Positions 38,237 through 47,921 of a stretch of 64,000 nucleotides of DNA are shown here, piece after piece; positions within the stretch are counted from its first letter, which is position 1, and each line of letters opens with the position of its first letter. The stretch is from Escherichia phage ESCO13. Where the stretch lies: sequence record NC_047770.1; one strand, given 5' to 3'. Under the pieces are notes generated by a model. The model was given only the letters and a program-made list of their open reading frames with translations, had not been told where the DNA came from and made no database searches. The translations under genes were made by a program, and so were the position numbers.

Positions 38237-38786
38237 GATTCCTCCTGTTAATTGCCATAGATGCACGAGGTTCGGCTATGGCTGTTGCATAAATATATGG
38301 ATGACCTTGTGGGGACAATCTTGTTCCGAATGACCCTAATTCTAAACCATTCATGTCTTCCACGTCAAGCCCTATTTCTGTTTCTACAATTCTTGTTTGG
38401 ACTTTGTAGTAGGTCCAGAAGAAGTATCGCATTTCTTCGGCATACTCTTTCACTTCACCAAAGCTGGGATAGAACTCAATCAACTCCAGCTTCAAGAAGA
38501 TGTTGAAGTGAGAATCATCCAACACTTCCTCTGTGCGGTAACATGGTGTCAGGGCCATGTAGGGATGACCAGCGATAAACTCGTAGCCATCCTTTTCCAT
38601 TTGCAAGAATGATTGCTCGGCACTGGCAACATAAAACTTCCCATTAGGATGCCCCAAAGGAGCATCTTCTTTGCCAGGTGGCAGTGTGAATGCCAAAATA
38701 TCTGCATCCACTAAATAAGGAACATCTAACATTTCAGCAAAGCGTCCATAACTCTGGATGGCTTCGGCAATCACACCTGTGTTCAT
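38229..38786 (-). CDS. hypothetical protein
   Basis: 185-aa ORF. Confidence 0.5.
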   Translation of the reverse strand: MNTGVIAEAIQSYGRFAEMLDVPYLVDADILAFTLPPGKEDAPLGHPNGKFYVASAEQSFLQMEKDGYEFIAGHPYMALTPCYRTEEVLDDSHFNIFLKLELIEFYPSFGEVKEYAEEMRYFFWTYYKVQTRIVETEIGLDVEDMNGLELGSFGTRLSPQGHPYIYATAIAEPRASMAINRRNHD

Positions 38787-39034
38787 GACCTTCCTCCTGT
38801 GCGGAAAGCGCGTTTAGTAATGTTGGACATAATGATTAAATCTTGTAAAGTCATATCTGGGAACTGTTGTTCTAAAACTCCCTCGACAGCCCCTATAATA
38901 TCTGACAATTCAACAAGTTGCATTATTTTGCAATCCTGCTCAACAGCATCAAAAAGTTCTTCTACTTCCTCTTTAATCTTTTCTATGCTGCCATAAGGTT
39001 GTTTCTTAATGTCTGTTATGTGATACCCTGCCAT
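38783..39034 (-). CDS. small acidic protein, possibly MazG-like pyrophosphohydrolase
   Basis: 83 aa; IKEEVEELFDAVEQD resembles the MazG EExxE motif; weak. Confidence 0.35.
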   Translation of the reverse strand: MAGYHITDIKKQPYGSIEKIKEEVEELFDAVEQDCKIMQLVELSDIIGAVEGVLEQQFPDMTLQDLIIMSNITKRAFRTGGRS

Positions 39035-40627
39035 TTAACGATCCTCTCTGATTTGATTAATCTTACGAGCAAGGGCAGCTATAAGCTTATCTTCTTCAGA
39101 TACAGGAGCCGTGCTCTTACCTAAACGATGCATGTCTAAAATCTCTTGAACAGTTCGGTTCCATTGCAGACATTTAATACAACGTGTATGTGCAACATAC
39201 AGAAGATTTCGTTCTGATTCTTCAAGACCTACCCACTCACCCTTCTTATCGTAATTAGAAGGGAAGTCATTTGCAACAATAACCTGATCCCATTCCAAAC
39301 CTTTTGATTTGTGGGCTGTAGTTAAAGTAACTTTAGCCGTTGGAGAGTTACGGTGCATACGTAAAGTGTATGCAATATTATTAGCTTTACCAGAAACAAC
39401 AATGTTTAAAAGTCGTTTTGCATCAGGATCTGATTCTGCACACTCTACAAATTCTTCCCAAGAAGTGTAAGGTAGAACTGTCTCATGCTTAACTTTGTCC
39501 AAATCACCTCTACGTAAAGCATTAACACTATCAACCATAGAAATGAAATCTTTGGTATCTACGTTAATAATAATCTCTTCTCCGTTAGCGATTCGGTCCA
39601 TAGCTTCGAGCAACAGGGTCAAATTCTTACGGAAAATAATGGTGTAAGGTTTACTATAATCTACCACATCAGAATGAAAACTTCCAGTGACAGTATCATA
39701 ACCTTTCCCTACCAGCGGATGCTTCAGAGGTGAGCGATCAGAAAGGATCGCATTAGCAATGTCCGCAACTTTAGGACCAAAGCGAAAACAAGCTGTCAGA
39801 GGCAACTCAACCCCATATGTAGCCGTTTGCTTCATCATGTTCTGGCTTCCACGGAACTGATAAATACTCTGAAACTCATCACCCACAACAACAATACGTT
39901 TAGCCGATTTAGCATTGCGAAGGATAGACAGGAATGCAGGGTTAACATCCTGGAATTCATCTCCAAAAATAATATCGTATCCTAAATCTTCTTTACTCAA
40001 TTCAAAGAGTTTCACATAGGTGTCATGAGTCATAATGGTTTCTGATTTAGGATCAATACGCTCACGCCAAAGTTGCTTCGCATATTTAACAACTTCGTTA
40101 ATAAGTTTTTGTTCGTTGATGTTCTTACGTTTAAGATCTGACATATGCACTTTAGGAAAATGTTTATGTCCAATATGTTCATCGTCAGAAAACTCGTATT
40201 TAGCTAAAGTTTGTTTTACCATTAACCCGATCATTGCACGAGTCAGTAGCACTTTACCATTCTTATCAATCAAGTTCTGAATCTTGAATTTTTTGGCAAT
40301 CTCACTACCAGTTCCAGCTACGTTAACATATTGACCTTCTGGACGAGACAATTTGTGTCGAAGGTTTTGTGGAAGACGCTGGTAACAGATTGAATGTAGC
40401 GTTCGGCACATAACATTAGGCGGCATTTTACGTCGAGCTTCCTCTGCCATACTTTTGTTAAACGCCAAGTATAGAATACTATCATTTGTGCCATTAGCCA
40501 ACATATACAGCGTTGACGTTTTACCTGATCCAGATTTAGCTTGAATTGTAACGAAACGATTTTCTTGATACCCACTTTCAATAGCGTATTGTTCGTCGGT
40601 AGGTGTAAAACTCAACTGTGTAGACAC
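39035..40627 (-). CDS. SF1 DNA helicase (UvrD/Dda-like)
   Basis: 530 aa; Walker A AKSGSGKTS, Walker B IIFGDEFQD, C-terminal helicase motifs. Confidence 0.8.
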   Translation of the reverse strand: MSTQLSFTPTDEQYAIESGYQENRFVTIQAKSGSGKTSTLYMLANGTNDSILYLAFNKSMAEEARRKMPPNVMCRTLHSICYQRLPQNLRHKLSRPEGQYVNVAGTGSEIAKKFKIQNLIDKNGKVLLTRAMIGLMVKQTLAKYEFSDDEHIGHKHFPKVHMSDLKRKNINEQKLINEVVKYAKQLWRERIDPKSETIMTHDTYVKLFELSKEDLGYDIIFGDEFQDVNPAFLSILRNAKSAKRIVVVGDEFQSIYQFRGSQNMMKQTATYGVELPLTACFRFGPKVADIANAILSDRSPLKHPLVGKGYDTVTGSFHSDVVDYSKPYTIIFRKNLTLLLEAMDRIANGEEIIINVDTKDFISMVDSVNALRRGDLDKVKHETVLPYTSWEEFVECAESDPDAKRLLNIVVSGKANNIAYTLRMHRNSPTAKVTLTTAHKSKGLEWDQVIVANDFPSNYDKKGEWVGLEESERNLLYVAHTRCIKCLQWNRTVQEILDMHRLGKSTAPVSEEDKLIAALARKINQIREDR

Positions 40628-40641
40628 GTATTTCTCCTCTC

Positions 40642-41151
40642 TTAATAAAAACTCTTGACAATCCTCATCATTTCCTTAGCTCTGCTGGCATAAGGTTCTT
40701 TTAGATTAGGTGGCAAATGTGCATTAATGTATCCCATTTGTTTTTCCCATGTCCACTTATCTTTAAATCTTGGCATGGTATCTCCTGCTAAACTGTTTTC
40801 TTTTCGTGTTTGAATAATCCAATTACATGGAAAATGCACACCACCTTTACGGAAGGGAATATAATGTCCCAATGTGAATGCCTTATTGTTCTTTAAACGT
40901 CCAGCTAAATTAAGATTAACAATAAGACTACGAAACACATAGTATTGATAAAGATTGTCAACAGTATATACAGAGTAGTATGCTCTAAGTGCATTATCTC
41001 TACTAAGATTACCAACATCCAAACTGCACCAGTTTAAATTACTTGGATCATAGTTGTGATTATCAATCCATTCTTCTCTTTCCTCAAATTCTGCATTAAC
41101 AGCAGATTGCCCTGCTGTAGATACAAAAAGAGAATTTGCATCAAAGAACAT
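40642..41151 (-). CDS. HNH-type endonuclease (putative homing endonuclease)
   Basis: 169 aa; GHYIPFRKGGVHFPCNWIIQTRKEN resembles the His-Me finger H..P..GG....N...N pattern. Confidence 0.45.
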   Translation of the reverse strand: MFFDANSLFVSTAGQSAVNAEFEEREEWIDNHNYDPSNLNWCSLDVGNLSRDNALRAYYSVYTVDNLYQYYVFRSLIVNLNLAGRLKNNKAFTLGHYIPFRKGGVHFPCNWIIQTRKENSLAGDTMPRFKDKWTWEKQMGYINAHLPPNLKEPYASRAKEMMRIVKSFY

Positions 41152-41161
41152 ACTCCCTCCT

Positions 41162-41572
41162 TTAGTTTACATCGTTTAGAGCATTACCAATCTTTAAGAT
41201 AATAACATCGTTAAGGGCTTCTTCTCCATTAAGGCCAGAGAAAGCAGGAGTAACGAAAGTTACCATATAATAATGGTCTTCTTGTAGGATTGCGATAACG
41301 CCGTCTAGTTTAACATCTCCTGTGAAACGAAAAACTTTCAACTTTTGTTCTAAAGGAAGATCTCCTTCAACATTTAAAACCATATCTCCAACACCAAACT
41401 TTTCTGCCCCGATGTAGATGTAAGCTTGGTCCTCTTTTTTATGATAATACAGTGTTGCTTGTTTGTCTTGTAGTGTTGTGATACCAAACACATCTACATC
41501 AATAATATTTTTCAAAAATTCTCCTCCCAAATCCAATAATTGTCTACATAAGTAGGATGCCTTTTGTCCCAC
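41162..41572 (-). CDS. hypothetical protein (start uncertain)
   Basis: 136-aa track ORF overlaps the upstream gene by 61 nt, so the true start is probably internal. Confidence 0.4.
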   Translation of the reverse strand: MGQKASYLCRQLLDLGGEFLKNIIDVDVFGITTLQDKQATLYYHKKEDQAYIYIGAEKFGVGDMVLNVEGDLPLEQKLKVFRFTGDVKLDGVIAILQEDHYYMVTFVTPAFSGLNGEEALNDVIILKIGNALNDVN

Positions 41573-41880
41573 TCTTTTCTAGCCCAAGCCACGGCTGCTA
41601 TCAATACATCTCCATGACAAGGTTGAGGGGAGCAGAAGCAAACTAAATCTTTCCCTTCTAGCTCTAATAAATCTTCAAGAGTGATCTTACCACAACGAAT
41701 TTGCTCCCACAACCACTCTTTATACCTTTGTATAGTTGATCCTCGTGGTTCATCATCTTTTAACTTAAAAGGGTTTGCAAACTTGGAGGCTTTTAGTCCC
41801 ATGTGTGGCATTGCTCTACCAATATAAACAGCACCTTCTGGGATTGTTTTGCCTAAATGGTAAAAGTTTAATACCTTCAT
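41512..41880 (-). CDS. DUF4326-like protein
   Basis: 122 aa; conserved GKDLVCFCSPQPCHGDVL segment. Confidence 0.5.
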   Translation of the reverse strand: MKVLNFYHLGKTIPEGAVYIGRAMPHMGLKASKFANPFKLKDDEPRGSTIQRYKEWLWEQIRCGKITLEDLLELEGKDLVCFCSPQPCHGDVLIAAVAWARKEWDKRHPTYVDNYWIWEENF

Positions 41881-41881
41881 A

Positions 41882-42244
41882 TTAACCTAAACACATACGT
41901 GCGATCAGACCTTGAATTAGTTTATCTGCTTCTTCTCGATCATAGTCGGTATCTTCTATACCACCATCTTCGTCACGATAAACTTTACCTTCCAGGTACC
42001 CAGCATCGATCAAACCAATAATCAAATCGAACTGCCAACAAGAATTACCGAAAGGACGTTTTCCACTGAAACTGTCTTCTTCTTCCCAAAGTGTAGAGAG
42101 CAGTCGTCTGAAATATTCACGCACAGTAACAGTGCCAAGATCATCGTCTTCAAAAACAACATCTAAAGCATCTGGTTCAGCTTTATCTACAACAGGCACA
42201 TAACGTTGACCATTAATAACAACATCTACAATCGTTTCTCTCAT
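41882..42244 (-). CDS. hypothetical protein
   Basis: 120-aa ORF. Confidence 0.5.
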   Translation of the reverse strand: MRETIVDVVINGQRYVPVVDKAEPDALDVVFEDDDLGTVTVREYFRRLLSTLWEEEDSFSGKRPFGNSCWQFDLIIGLIDAGYLEGKVYRDEDGGIEDTDYDREEADKLIQGLIARMCLG

Positions 42245-42603
42245 TTTTCCTCCTTCTTGTATTCTAAGAACATGTCAACTTCATAAGCTGCCCGTTCATT
42301 AAATTTACTAGGATCTACTAAAATAAAAAGTTGTTTATTTATATCTTGAAACTCTTTTACTACAATGTAAAGGTGTTTCTTACAAGAGAAGCCTGTTGCT
42401 TGATAAGCATCGCCCCAATCATCCACACCTTTTAATGTTTCTACATACTTACATTTTATTTTATCTTTACCGTCTTGGTAAAGTGCTTCACCTCCGAACC
42501 ATGTGAAGAATTTAGTGCGATCTGCCCCAACCTTAAAGCCGTCACGAGCAAAAACACCAGTAGAGGCTAATAACAGCAAGGCAAACAGCACTTTTCTCAT
42601 CAC
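42241..42603 (-). CDS. secreted hypothetical protein
   Basis: 120 aa; signal peptide MMRKVLFALLLLASTGVFA. Confidence 0.5.
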   Translation of the reverse strand: MMRKVLFALLLLASTGVFARDGFKVGADRTKFFTWFGGEALYQDGKDKIKCKYVETLKGVDDWGDAYQATGFSCKKHLYIVVKEFQDINKQLFILVDPSKFNERAAYEVDMFLEYKKEEK

Positions 42604-42911
42604 ATCTCCTCGTCGGACTTCAAGGCTTTAGAGAATACTACATTAAACATTTCACCGCAACCATTATTAACATAATACATGATGTAATTATCATCTTCGT
42701 CTACAGGCGCACGATACTCCAATTCATAACTATACAGATTAGAATTACTTGTGCAACCTTGTGGATACCAAAAGTAAAGTTCACCACAAGATTCTACCCA
42801 TTTAAGACCAGTCCGATCTTCAAACACCAATGTAGAAGGGTTTTCTGAATCTTTCACAGCTTCTTCATACTGTTGATGTACCATAACTGCTAATGATAAT
42901 GTACTCATCAC
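42600..42911 (-). CDS. hypothetical protein
   Basis: 103-aa ORF; ATGA overlap. Confidence 0.5.
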   Translation of the reverse strand: MMSTLSLAVMVHQQYEEAVKDSENPSTLVFEDRTGLKWVESCGELYFWYPQGCTSNSNLYSYELEYRAPVDEDDNYIMYYVNNGCGEMFNVVFSKALKSDEEM

Positions 42912-43124
42912 GCCTCCAAATAGTGTTTACAAATGACAAAACGCCATGTTTGTTTATAATAGTCTCTTTTTTCAAGAGCCTCTTTGTAAGAGGGTATACG
43001 TTGCGACAGAAGCATCCATTCACAATCTGCACCCATTCTTCCATAAAGCGCGTAACGGATGTTACTTTGTTTATCTCCCATAAATGCCTCCTTAATCTTG
43101 TTTACAAGTATACCCTCTAATTAG

Positions 43125-43322
43125 TTACACTTTTTCCCAAGTACCAAAAGCACAGGAAGGGTAGATTCCAACTTGAGGGTTTCCGTTATCATCTTTGAAA
43201 GTAAAACTGTTGTTGTCTTTATCAAGAACTGTAGAATAAATCTTACCAACAGTAACGCAGTTGGAAGCTTGACCCAGTTCAGTAAGAGTAAGACATTTCA
43301 TTTTCTGTTTCTTTGTAGCCAT
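43125..43322 (-). CDS. hypothetical protein
   Basis: 65-aa ORF. Confidence 0.45.
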   Translation of the reverse strand: MATKKQKMKCLTLTELGQASNCVTVGKIYSTVLDKDNNSFTFKDDNGNPQVGIYPSCAFGTWEKV

Positions 43323-43404
43323 TTATAAAGTCTCCTTAGTAAGTGAATCTTTATTCTACACAAAGAGCTTTGCACATGTCAAGTAACTCTTTGTGAGATT
43401 AATC

Positions 43405-43674
43405 TTAATGATTGATGATGTTGATGACGATCTTAGTTTCAACCTTAGCCCAACAGGAATCTGCTTCATTAAAACGACTATTTGCAATGTATTCTCCTGC
43501 ACGAGAACCTGTTAAGCAAACTGCACCTGTATCTGTAGCTAAGTAGTAGTCCCGTTCTTGTTCATTTACTTCTGAGTTGTAGTAATAGAAAACAGACATA
43601 GGTTCAATTTCAGATAAACGGTATAACTTTGGAACAGGGGATTTCTCGATAAACTCAACAGAAGTTTTACTCAT
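43405..43674 (-). CDS. hypothetical protein
   Basis: 89-aa ORF. Confidence 0.5.
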   Translation of the reverse strand: MSKTSVEFIEKSPVPKLYRLSEIEPMSVFYYYNSEVNEQERDYYLATDTGAVCLTGSRAGEYIANSRFNEADSCWAKVETKIVINIINH

Positions 43675-43907
43675 TTGTTTTCTCCTAGATCTAAACTAAT
43701 TAAGAAGTCACGAAGGATGATCATTTGTTCTGTAGACAATGATAATACACCTTCTCCATAAATATCACCAGACCATTCAGCAGTTAGATCTAGTGTACCA
43801 GTACCAGGAAACCAATCAATAGTGATCTGATTACCATTAGAGTCAGGTAGTATTTCACTGACTAACATAACACACTCTCCTATTATTGTTCTTGATCTTA
43901 CGATCAT
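43671..43907 (-). CDS. hypothetical protein
   Basis: 78-aa ORF; ATGA overlap. Confidence 0.5.
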   Translation of the reverse strand: MIVRSRTIIGECVMLVSEILPDSNGNQITIDWFPGTGTLDLTAEWSGDIYGEGVLSLSTEQMIILRDFLISLDLGENK

Positions 43908-44037
43908 CTACCGATAAGAACAAGTACTTAAATCTCTGTTCTTCGAACATCTAACGATAGAGATTAATCTATTACATAATCTATACTCGCTATCGCTCGA
44001 CCCTTCGGGGTTAGGGTAGCATATTTTTTGAAAAAAG

Positions 44038-44394
44038 TCAACACTTATTTTTGGTAAGTAGATAAATCAATTGTTCACCTGCTTCTGGTGCATATAGTGC
44101 TTTAGTATCGAAGTCAAAGAAGTGAGTGACTCCTGTTACTTTGGATGCCTGAATAGATAATCGTGCAAGCTTAAGCAGATTATCCATTTCTGCAATCTTT
44201 GCACGAAACACTGCACGTGTAGCGTCAAAAGCTGCATGTGGCATGTATTTACGATTTAGACTACTACGTTTAAATTTACGATAATCTGCAATGATCTTGT
44301 TACGTTCTTTGTTCAAGTGCTTTACCAGTGCAGTGTATACATGTGGTTCTTTGTTAGCCATTGTTAATCTCCTCTTCATATGTTGGTAGTGCAT
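44038..44394 (-). CDS. hypothetical basic protein
   Basis: 118-aa ORF. Confidence 0.5.
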   Translation of the reverse strand: MHYQHMKRRLTMANKEPHVYTALVKHLNKERNKIIADYRKFKRSSLNRKYMPHAAFDATRAVFRAKIAEMDNLLKLARLSIQASKVTGVTHFFDFDTKALYAPEAGEQLIYLLTKNKC

Positions 44395-44566
44395 GGTATG
44401 CGATCACAGGTGCCAAGTCAAAATAAAAATGACCATTGATAACAGCTATCGTGCCATTGCGTGTTTTGTTAACTTCACAGAATCCCTTCTTGCCGTTTGC
44501 CATGATTACAAGCCACTCTCCGATAGGAACATCCTCGGTACCAGATACTTTAATCCATCCACTCAC
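44354..44566 (-). CDS. hypothetical protein
   Basis: 70-aa ORF. Confidence 0.45.
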   Translation of the reverse strand: MSGWIKVSGTEDVPIGEWLVIMANGKKGFCEVNKTRNGTIAVINGHFYFDLAPVIAYHALPTYEEEINNG

Positions 44567-44820
44567 TTTACTTCCCCTTTGTAATCGGACACTATACCAG
44601 GTCTTACTTTTGCCTTAAGATGTTTCAACTCTACCATAGGAGTTGCCACTTGTATAGGGCTAACTTCAACCTTGTAGATAGTATATTCATAAGTCGCATA
44701 TTTACCGATGGAATGCAAATACTTAATTGCGTGTTCAGGGGAATCTGCTTCAACATACCCTAAATCTTTCGTAGTACGACCTTCGGTATCGCCTTCAGTG
44801 GTTACGTGATAAAGTGTCAT
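44563..44820 (-). CDS. hypothetical protein
   Basis: 85-aa ORF; ATGA overlap. Confidence 0.5.
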   Translation of the reverse strand: MTLYHVTTEGDTEGRTTKDLGYVEADSPEHAIKYLHSIGKYATYEYTIYKVEVSPIQVATPMVELKHLKAKVRPGIVSDYKGEVK

Positions 44821-45140
44821 AAAACCTCCTTCTGGTTGGCTGCTTCAATCATAACGTTAAGAGTCTCCATACCGCTTTCAACTGCTTGAGCAATCTCTTG
44901 GAACACTGTTTTCTTAAAGATGTATAAAGATCCTGCCTGTAAGCGTTGCACACAGCATAAGAGGGTTTGGTGATCCATAACAAAGTCTCCATAAGCACAA
45001 TCAATTTTCCCTGTGATTGGGTTGTCTCGTGAGCGAGGATCGTATTCTAATGTGATATGCGTTACACCAGGTAAAGTAACAAACTGACAACGGATGTTGA
45101 CACGTGGTGCAATTGACACGCTAAACAAACTGTTTGACAT
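44817..45140 (-). CDS. hypothetical protein
   Basis: 107-aa ORF. Confidence 0.5.
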   Translation of the reverse strand: MSNSLFSVSIAPRVNIRCQFVTLPGVTHITLEYDPRSRDNPITGKIDCAYGDFVMDHQTLLCCVQRLQAGSLYIFKKTVFQEIAQAVESGMETLNVMIEAANQKEVL

Positions 45141-45287
45141 TTAAACCTCCTCGTAGTAAGGCAAAGCTTTGATCAGCTGTTCTGAAGTGCCATTCTCTGT
45201 CCATGTAACCCCGTTGTCAAGAGAAACATACCCTTTCTTATCGATAAATTTACGGAGACAACCAGTGAACTTGTTTTTGTAGATCAT
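45141..45287 (-). CDS. small hypothetical protein (below the ORF-track cutoff)
   Basis: 48-aa ORF MIYKNKFTGCLRKFIDKKGYVSLDNGVTWTENG...; ATGA overlap with the upstream stop; fills the gap exactly. Confidence 0.35.
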   Translation of the reverse strand: MIYKNKFTGCLRKFIDKKGYVSLDNGVTWTENGTSEQLIKALPYYEEV

Positions 45288-45718
45288 TTCTTCTTTCCTT
45301 TCTTTAATTTGTTGTGACCTTTACCCTTATAAAGCTTGTGATTACGAGCAGATGGGTTATTTTGGTTCTCCAGTCGGCTAACAGGTGTATTCCAAAGATT
45401 TCCTGCTACAAAAGATGCTGCCACAAGTTCTTCCAGGTATACAAAATCCAAAGCAGGTATCTTTGTTTCCCTCATCTTGCGTTCTACATTAGACAACACG
45501 CCTTCTTCCTTACTGTCTTCTTTTTCAATTACAGACCAACCCTCTTCCTGCCAAGCTTCCCCTCTGAACCAAGTTTCCATGTTATAACCTTGTTCGTCGA
45601 GAATAACACCATCTCGCATCTCAAACCATTCACCACCGCAAAAATAACTGTGCTCAACACGTCTACCTTCCTTCATTGCTTCTTTAGCTTCGGTCCAAGT
45701 CAGTTTGATGTTTTGCAT
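45284..45718 (-). CDS. hypothetical protein
   Basis: 144 aa; first gene of the minus-strand block; RBS AAGAGGAG. Confidence 0.55.
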   Translation of the reverse strand: MQNIKLTWTEAKEAMKEGRRVEHSYFCGGEWFEMRDGVILDEQGYNMETWFRGEAWQEEGWSVIEKEDSKEEGVLSNVERKMRETKIPALDFVYLEELVAASFVAGNLWNTPVSRLENQNNPSARNHKLYKGKGHNKLKKGKKK

Positions 45719-45748
45719 TTGTTTTCTCCTCTTGTTTTGTATGAGTTG

Positions 45749-45776
45749 ATCTTAACAGGACTAAAAAGCATGTCAA
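45749..45776 (-). promoter_or_regulatory. sigma70-type promoter TTGACA-N16-TAAGAT (minus strand)
   Basis: -35 at 45776-45771, -10 at 45754-45749; divergent from the plus-strand block. Confidence 0.5.
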
Positions 45777-45779
45777 TAC

Positions 45780-45808
45780 TTGATCTGAAATTATTTTCAG
45801 GTATCATA
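45780..45808 (+). promoter_or_regulatory. sigma70-like promoter TTGATC-N16-TATCAT (plus strand)
   Basis: Upstream of the 45836 gene in the divergent intergenic region. Confidence 0.4.
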
Positions 45809-45835
45809 TATGAACATTAACAAGAGAGGTAGATG

Positions 45836-46126
45836 ATGAACATTACTTTAGCAACTAAGAATATTTCTGAGACAATTAACGGTTTTGGTGTCATTGTAGC
45901 CTTACACGGTAACAACGAGAAATGGTTGGCTTCTTTTGAAGAGGATCGTCAGCACAACATTATTTTAGATGCTCCTATAAAAGTTATGCATATCGTTGGT
46001 GAAAGCAAAGTGCTCACTTCCTCCCGTTCAAAAGAACAAATTACAAATGAATTAGTAAAACTGCTTGACAATGTTCTTAACATGTTTGATAATGCACCCA
46101 TCGATACAAAACGTGTCTTAATGTGA
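45836..46126 (+). CDS. hypothetical protein
   Basis: Second ATG chosen for RBS spacing (GAGAGG plus 6 nt). Confidence 0.5.
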   Translation: MNITLATKNISETINGFGVIVALHGNNEKWLASFEEDRQHNIILDAPIKVMHIVGESKVLTSSRSKEQITNELVKLLDNVLNMFDNAPIDTKRVLM

Positions 46127-46138
46127 GAGGAGAACCAA

Positions 46139-46426
46139 ATGTATTATTCACAAAATGAAGTAGCAAACATTAAACTGGCAGTTGGCGATCTTATTGTGTC
46201 ACCTAACTACCATTGGGATAACACAGACTTGGTTGAAGTAGTAACTCATGTTGGGTTTGAGGGTGTTGTGCTCTACACCCTGGGTGGAGGTGTTGTTGGG
46301 GAAATGGAACGTTATACAACGACCAAGAAACTGGTAAGTTCTTATCGTATGTTCTTGCATCAAGGCTCAGAAGAGTATGCAACCTTCTTGTTGAAATTGG
46401 ACGCAGATCGGGAGAAGGCACGATGA
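46139..46426 (+). CDS. hypothetical protein
   Basis: 95 aa; RBS GAGAGGAG. Confidence 0.5.
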   Translation: MYYSQNEVANIKLAVGDLIVSPNYHWDNTDLVEVVTHVGFEGVVLYTLGGGVVGEMERYTTTKKLVSSYRMFLHQGSEEYATFLLKLDADREKAR

Positions 46427-46779
46427 AAATTGTACACGATGAAATTCAAATAGAAGAAAGTGACCTGATGGATTTGGATGCAGCTTTGGGGAAGGTAATC
46501 TATGCAGGAATTAAAGCCTTCCGTGAGAAGGCAAACAATAGCACGTTTGTCATGATCCCCACTAAACTGATGCGTGTTTTGTATCCAAATAGAAGTGCGC
46601 CGTATACAGATGAAGAAGAGGAGACAGGTAGAAGAGAGTGGTTAAATATTTTAGAAAAGATGGAGAATGCTTTTATTGATAGTGGTAATCCAGAAATCGT
46701 GTATGCTGAAGATCAAAGGAAGGCACGGTTAGAGGGCCGTCTTTTATTCGCTAGTTATTTTGATAATCTTTGGAGCTAA
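46423..46779 (+). CDS. hypothetical protein
   Basis: 118 aa; ATGA overlap. Confidence 0.5.
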   Translation: MKIVHDEIQIEESDLMDLDAALGKVIYAGIKAFREKANNSTFVMIPTKLMRVLYPNRSAPYTDEEEETGRREWLNILEKMENAFIDSGNPEIVYAEDQRKARLEGRLLFASYFDNLWS

Positions 46780-46781
46780 AT

Positions 46782-46958
46782 ATGTCTGAATTCTTCACAA
46801 TGGCTTTCTTAGGGATCTATCTGATTATTAGTGCTGTTGGCTTAATCATGTCTCTAATAGAGGAAATGGGAATTAAGTGGAATTGTGCATTCGGTATAGC
46901 TCTTATGCTCACTCCGGTTTGGATCTACATCTGCAAAGCAGTTGAACTCATTGGTTAA
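46782..46958 (+). CDS. small membrane protein
   Basis: Start at MSEFFTMAFLG; two hydrophobic helices. Confidence 0.45.
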   Translation: MSEFFTMAFLGIYLIISAVGLIMSLIEEMGIKWNCAFGIALMLTPVWIYICKAVELIG

Positions 46959-46968
46959 TGGAGGTAAT

Positions 46969-47307
46969 ATGTTTAGTAAAGAAATGAGAGAGGTGATCGC
47001 TACTCTGGTAGTAGATCATAGTGTTGAAGTTGAGCGTCACGTTTGGAAAGATGAGCCTCCTTTCTTTGATTTGGCATCACGGGCTAAAAGTCACATGTAT
47101 CTCCTTGAAGATGATAAGGATTTTATTCTGCGTATGCGTTATGATCGAGAGTTTAGAATTCCTCTTGACACAGATCCTGATGATGTAGTATTGTGGTTGG
47201 CAGAGCATTTCGCATTTAACGCTCTACATGGAAGAAGTTTTGGTAATGAACGTTGGGATACCATTTGTCGTAAACATAATATTGAACCAGAATACGGGAG
47301 TATGTAA
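46969..47307 (+). CDS. hypothetical protein
   Basis: Start at MFSKEMREV after RBS GGAGG. Confidence 0.5.
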   Translation: MFSKEMREVIATLVVDHSVEVERHVWKDEPPFFDLASRAKSHMYLLEDDKDFILRMRYDREFRIPLDTDPDDVVLWLAEHFAFNALHGRSFGNERWDTICRKHNIEPEYGSM

Positions 47308-47558
47308 TGTTAAGTATCAAACCTAAAATGATTACTGAAGATCAAAAAGATTACATTTATAAATGTGGTCGGGTGTGGAAAGAATACACTAAAGGTAATG
47401 AAGTTATTGTAGTTACGGAACATGCTATTTCTTTATCAGATCTTTTTGGTGATTATTTGCAAGTCATTAAAATTGGTATTGACAGAGGTTTGGTGCAGGT
47501 GTTAACATTATCCCAAGTTGAAGCAGAACACTTAGACAAAATCATTGTCGAGTTCTAA
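47307..47558 (+). CDS. hypothetical protein
   Basis: 83 aa; TAATG overlap. Confidence 0.5.
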   Translation: MLSIKPKMITEDQKDYIYKCGRVWKEYTKGNEVIVVTEHAISLSDLFGDYLQVIKIGIDRGLVQVLTLSQVEAEHLDKIIVEF

Positions 47559-47571
47559 GAGGAGAAAGAAT

Positions 47572-47736
47572 ATGATCTCTTTAGAATCAATAGCTTTTAA
47601 GAAGGGGTATACCGCAGGGTTCAAGTTTGGTATGTTTAATAAAGTAAATCCATATTGTCCAATGACACACAAAAAGGAATTCGAAGAATGGGAAGATGGA
47701 TTTTCTAAAGGCTATCAGGCAAAAGGTTGGTTGTAA
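47572..47736 (+). CDS. hypothetical protein
   Basis: Start at MISLESIAF after RBS AAGAGGAG. Confidence 0.45.
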   Translation: MISLESIAFKKGYTAGFKFGMFNKVNPYCPMTHKKEFEEWEDGFSKGYQAKGWL

Positions 47737-47745
47737 GGAGAGAAT

Positions 47746-47910
47746 ATGATTTTAAACTTCATCATCAACTTGTGTTTGACATTGGGGTTACTCTGTGCAA
47801 TAGTATCCCCTTTGGTTGGTGAATATTGTTCTGAACTGGCGATGTTTATAGTTCTTGGTGCGGCTATTGCTAATATGTTTGTCGCTGCGATTTGTATGTT
47901 GTGGGAATAG
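47746..47910 (+). CDS. small membrane protein (below the ORF-track cutoff)
   Basis: 54-aa ORF MILNFIINLCLTLGLLCAIVSPLVGEYCSELAMFIVLGAAIANMFVAAICMLWE; RBS AAGGAGAG. Confidence 0.4.
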   Translation: MILNFIINLCLTLGLLCAIVSPLVGEYCSELAMFIVLGAAIANMFVAAICMLWE

Positions 47911-47921
47911 GAGGGAAGTTT

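Noticed and set aside
45314-45820. Plus-strand 168-aa track ORF antisense to the 45284-45718 gene
   Set aside because: Shadow ORF running through the divergent promoter region; hydrophobic low-complexity product.
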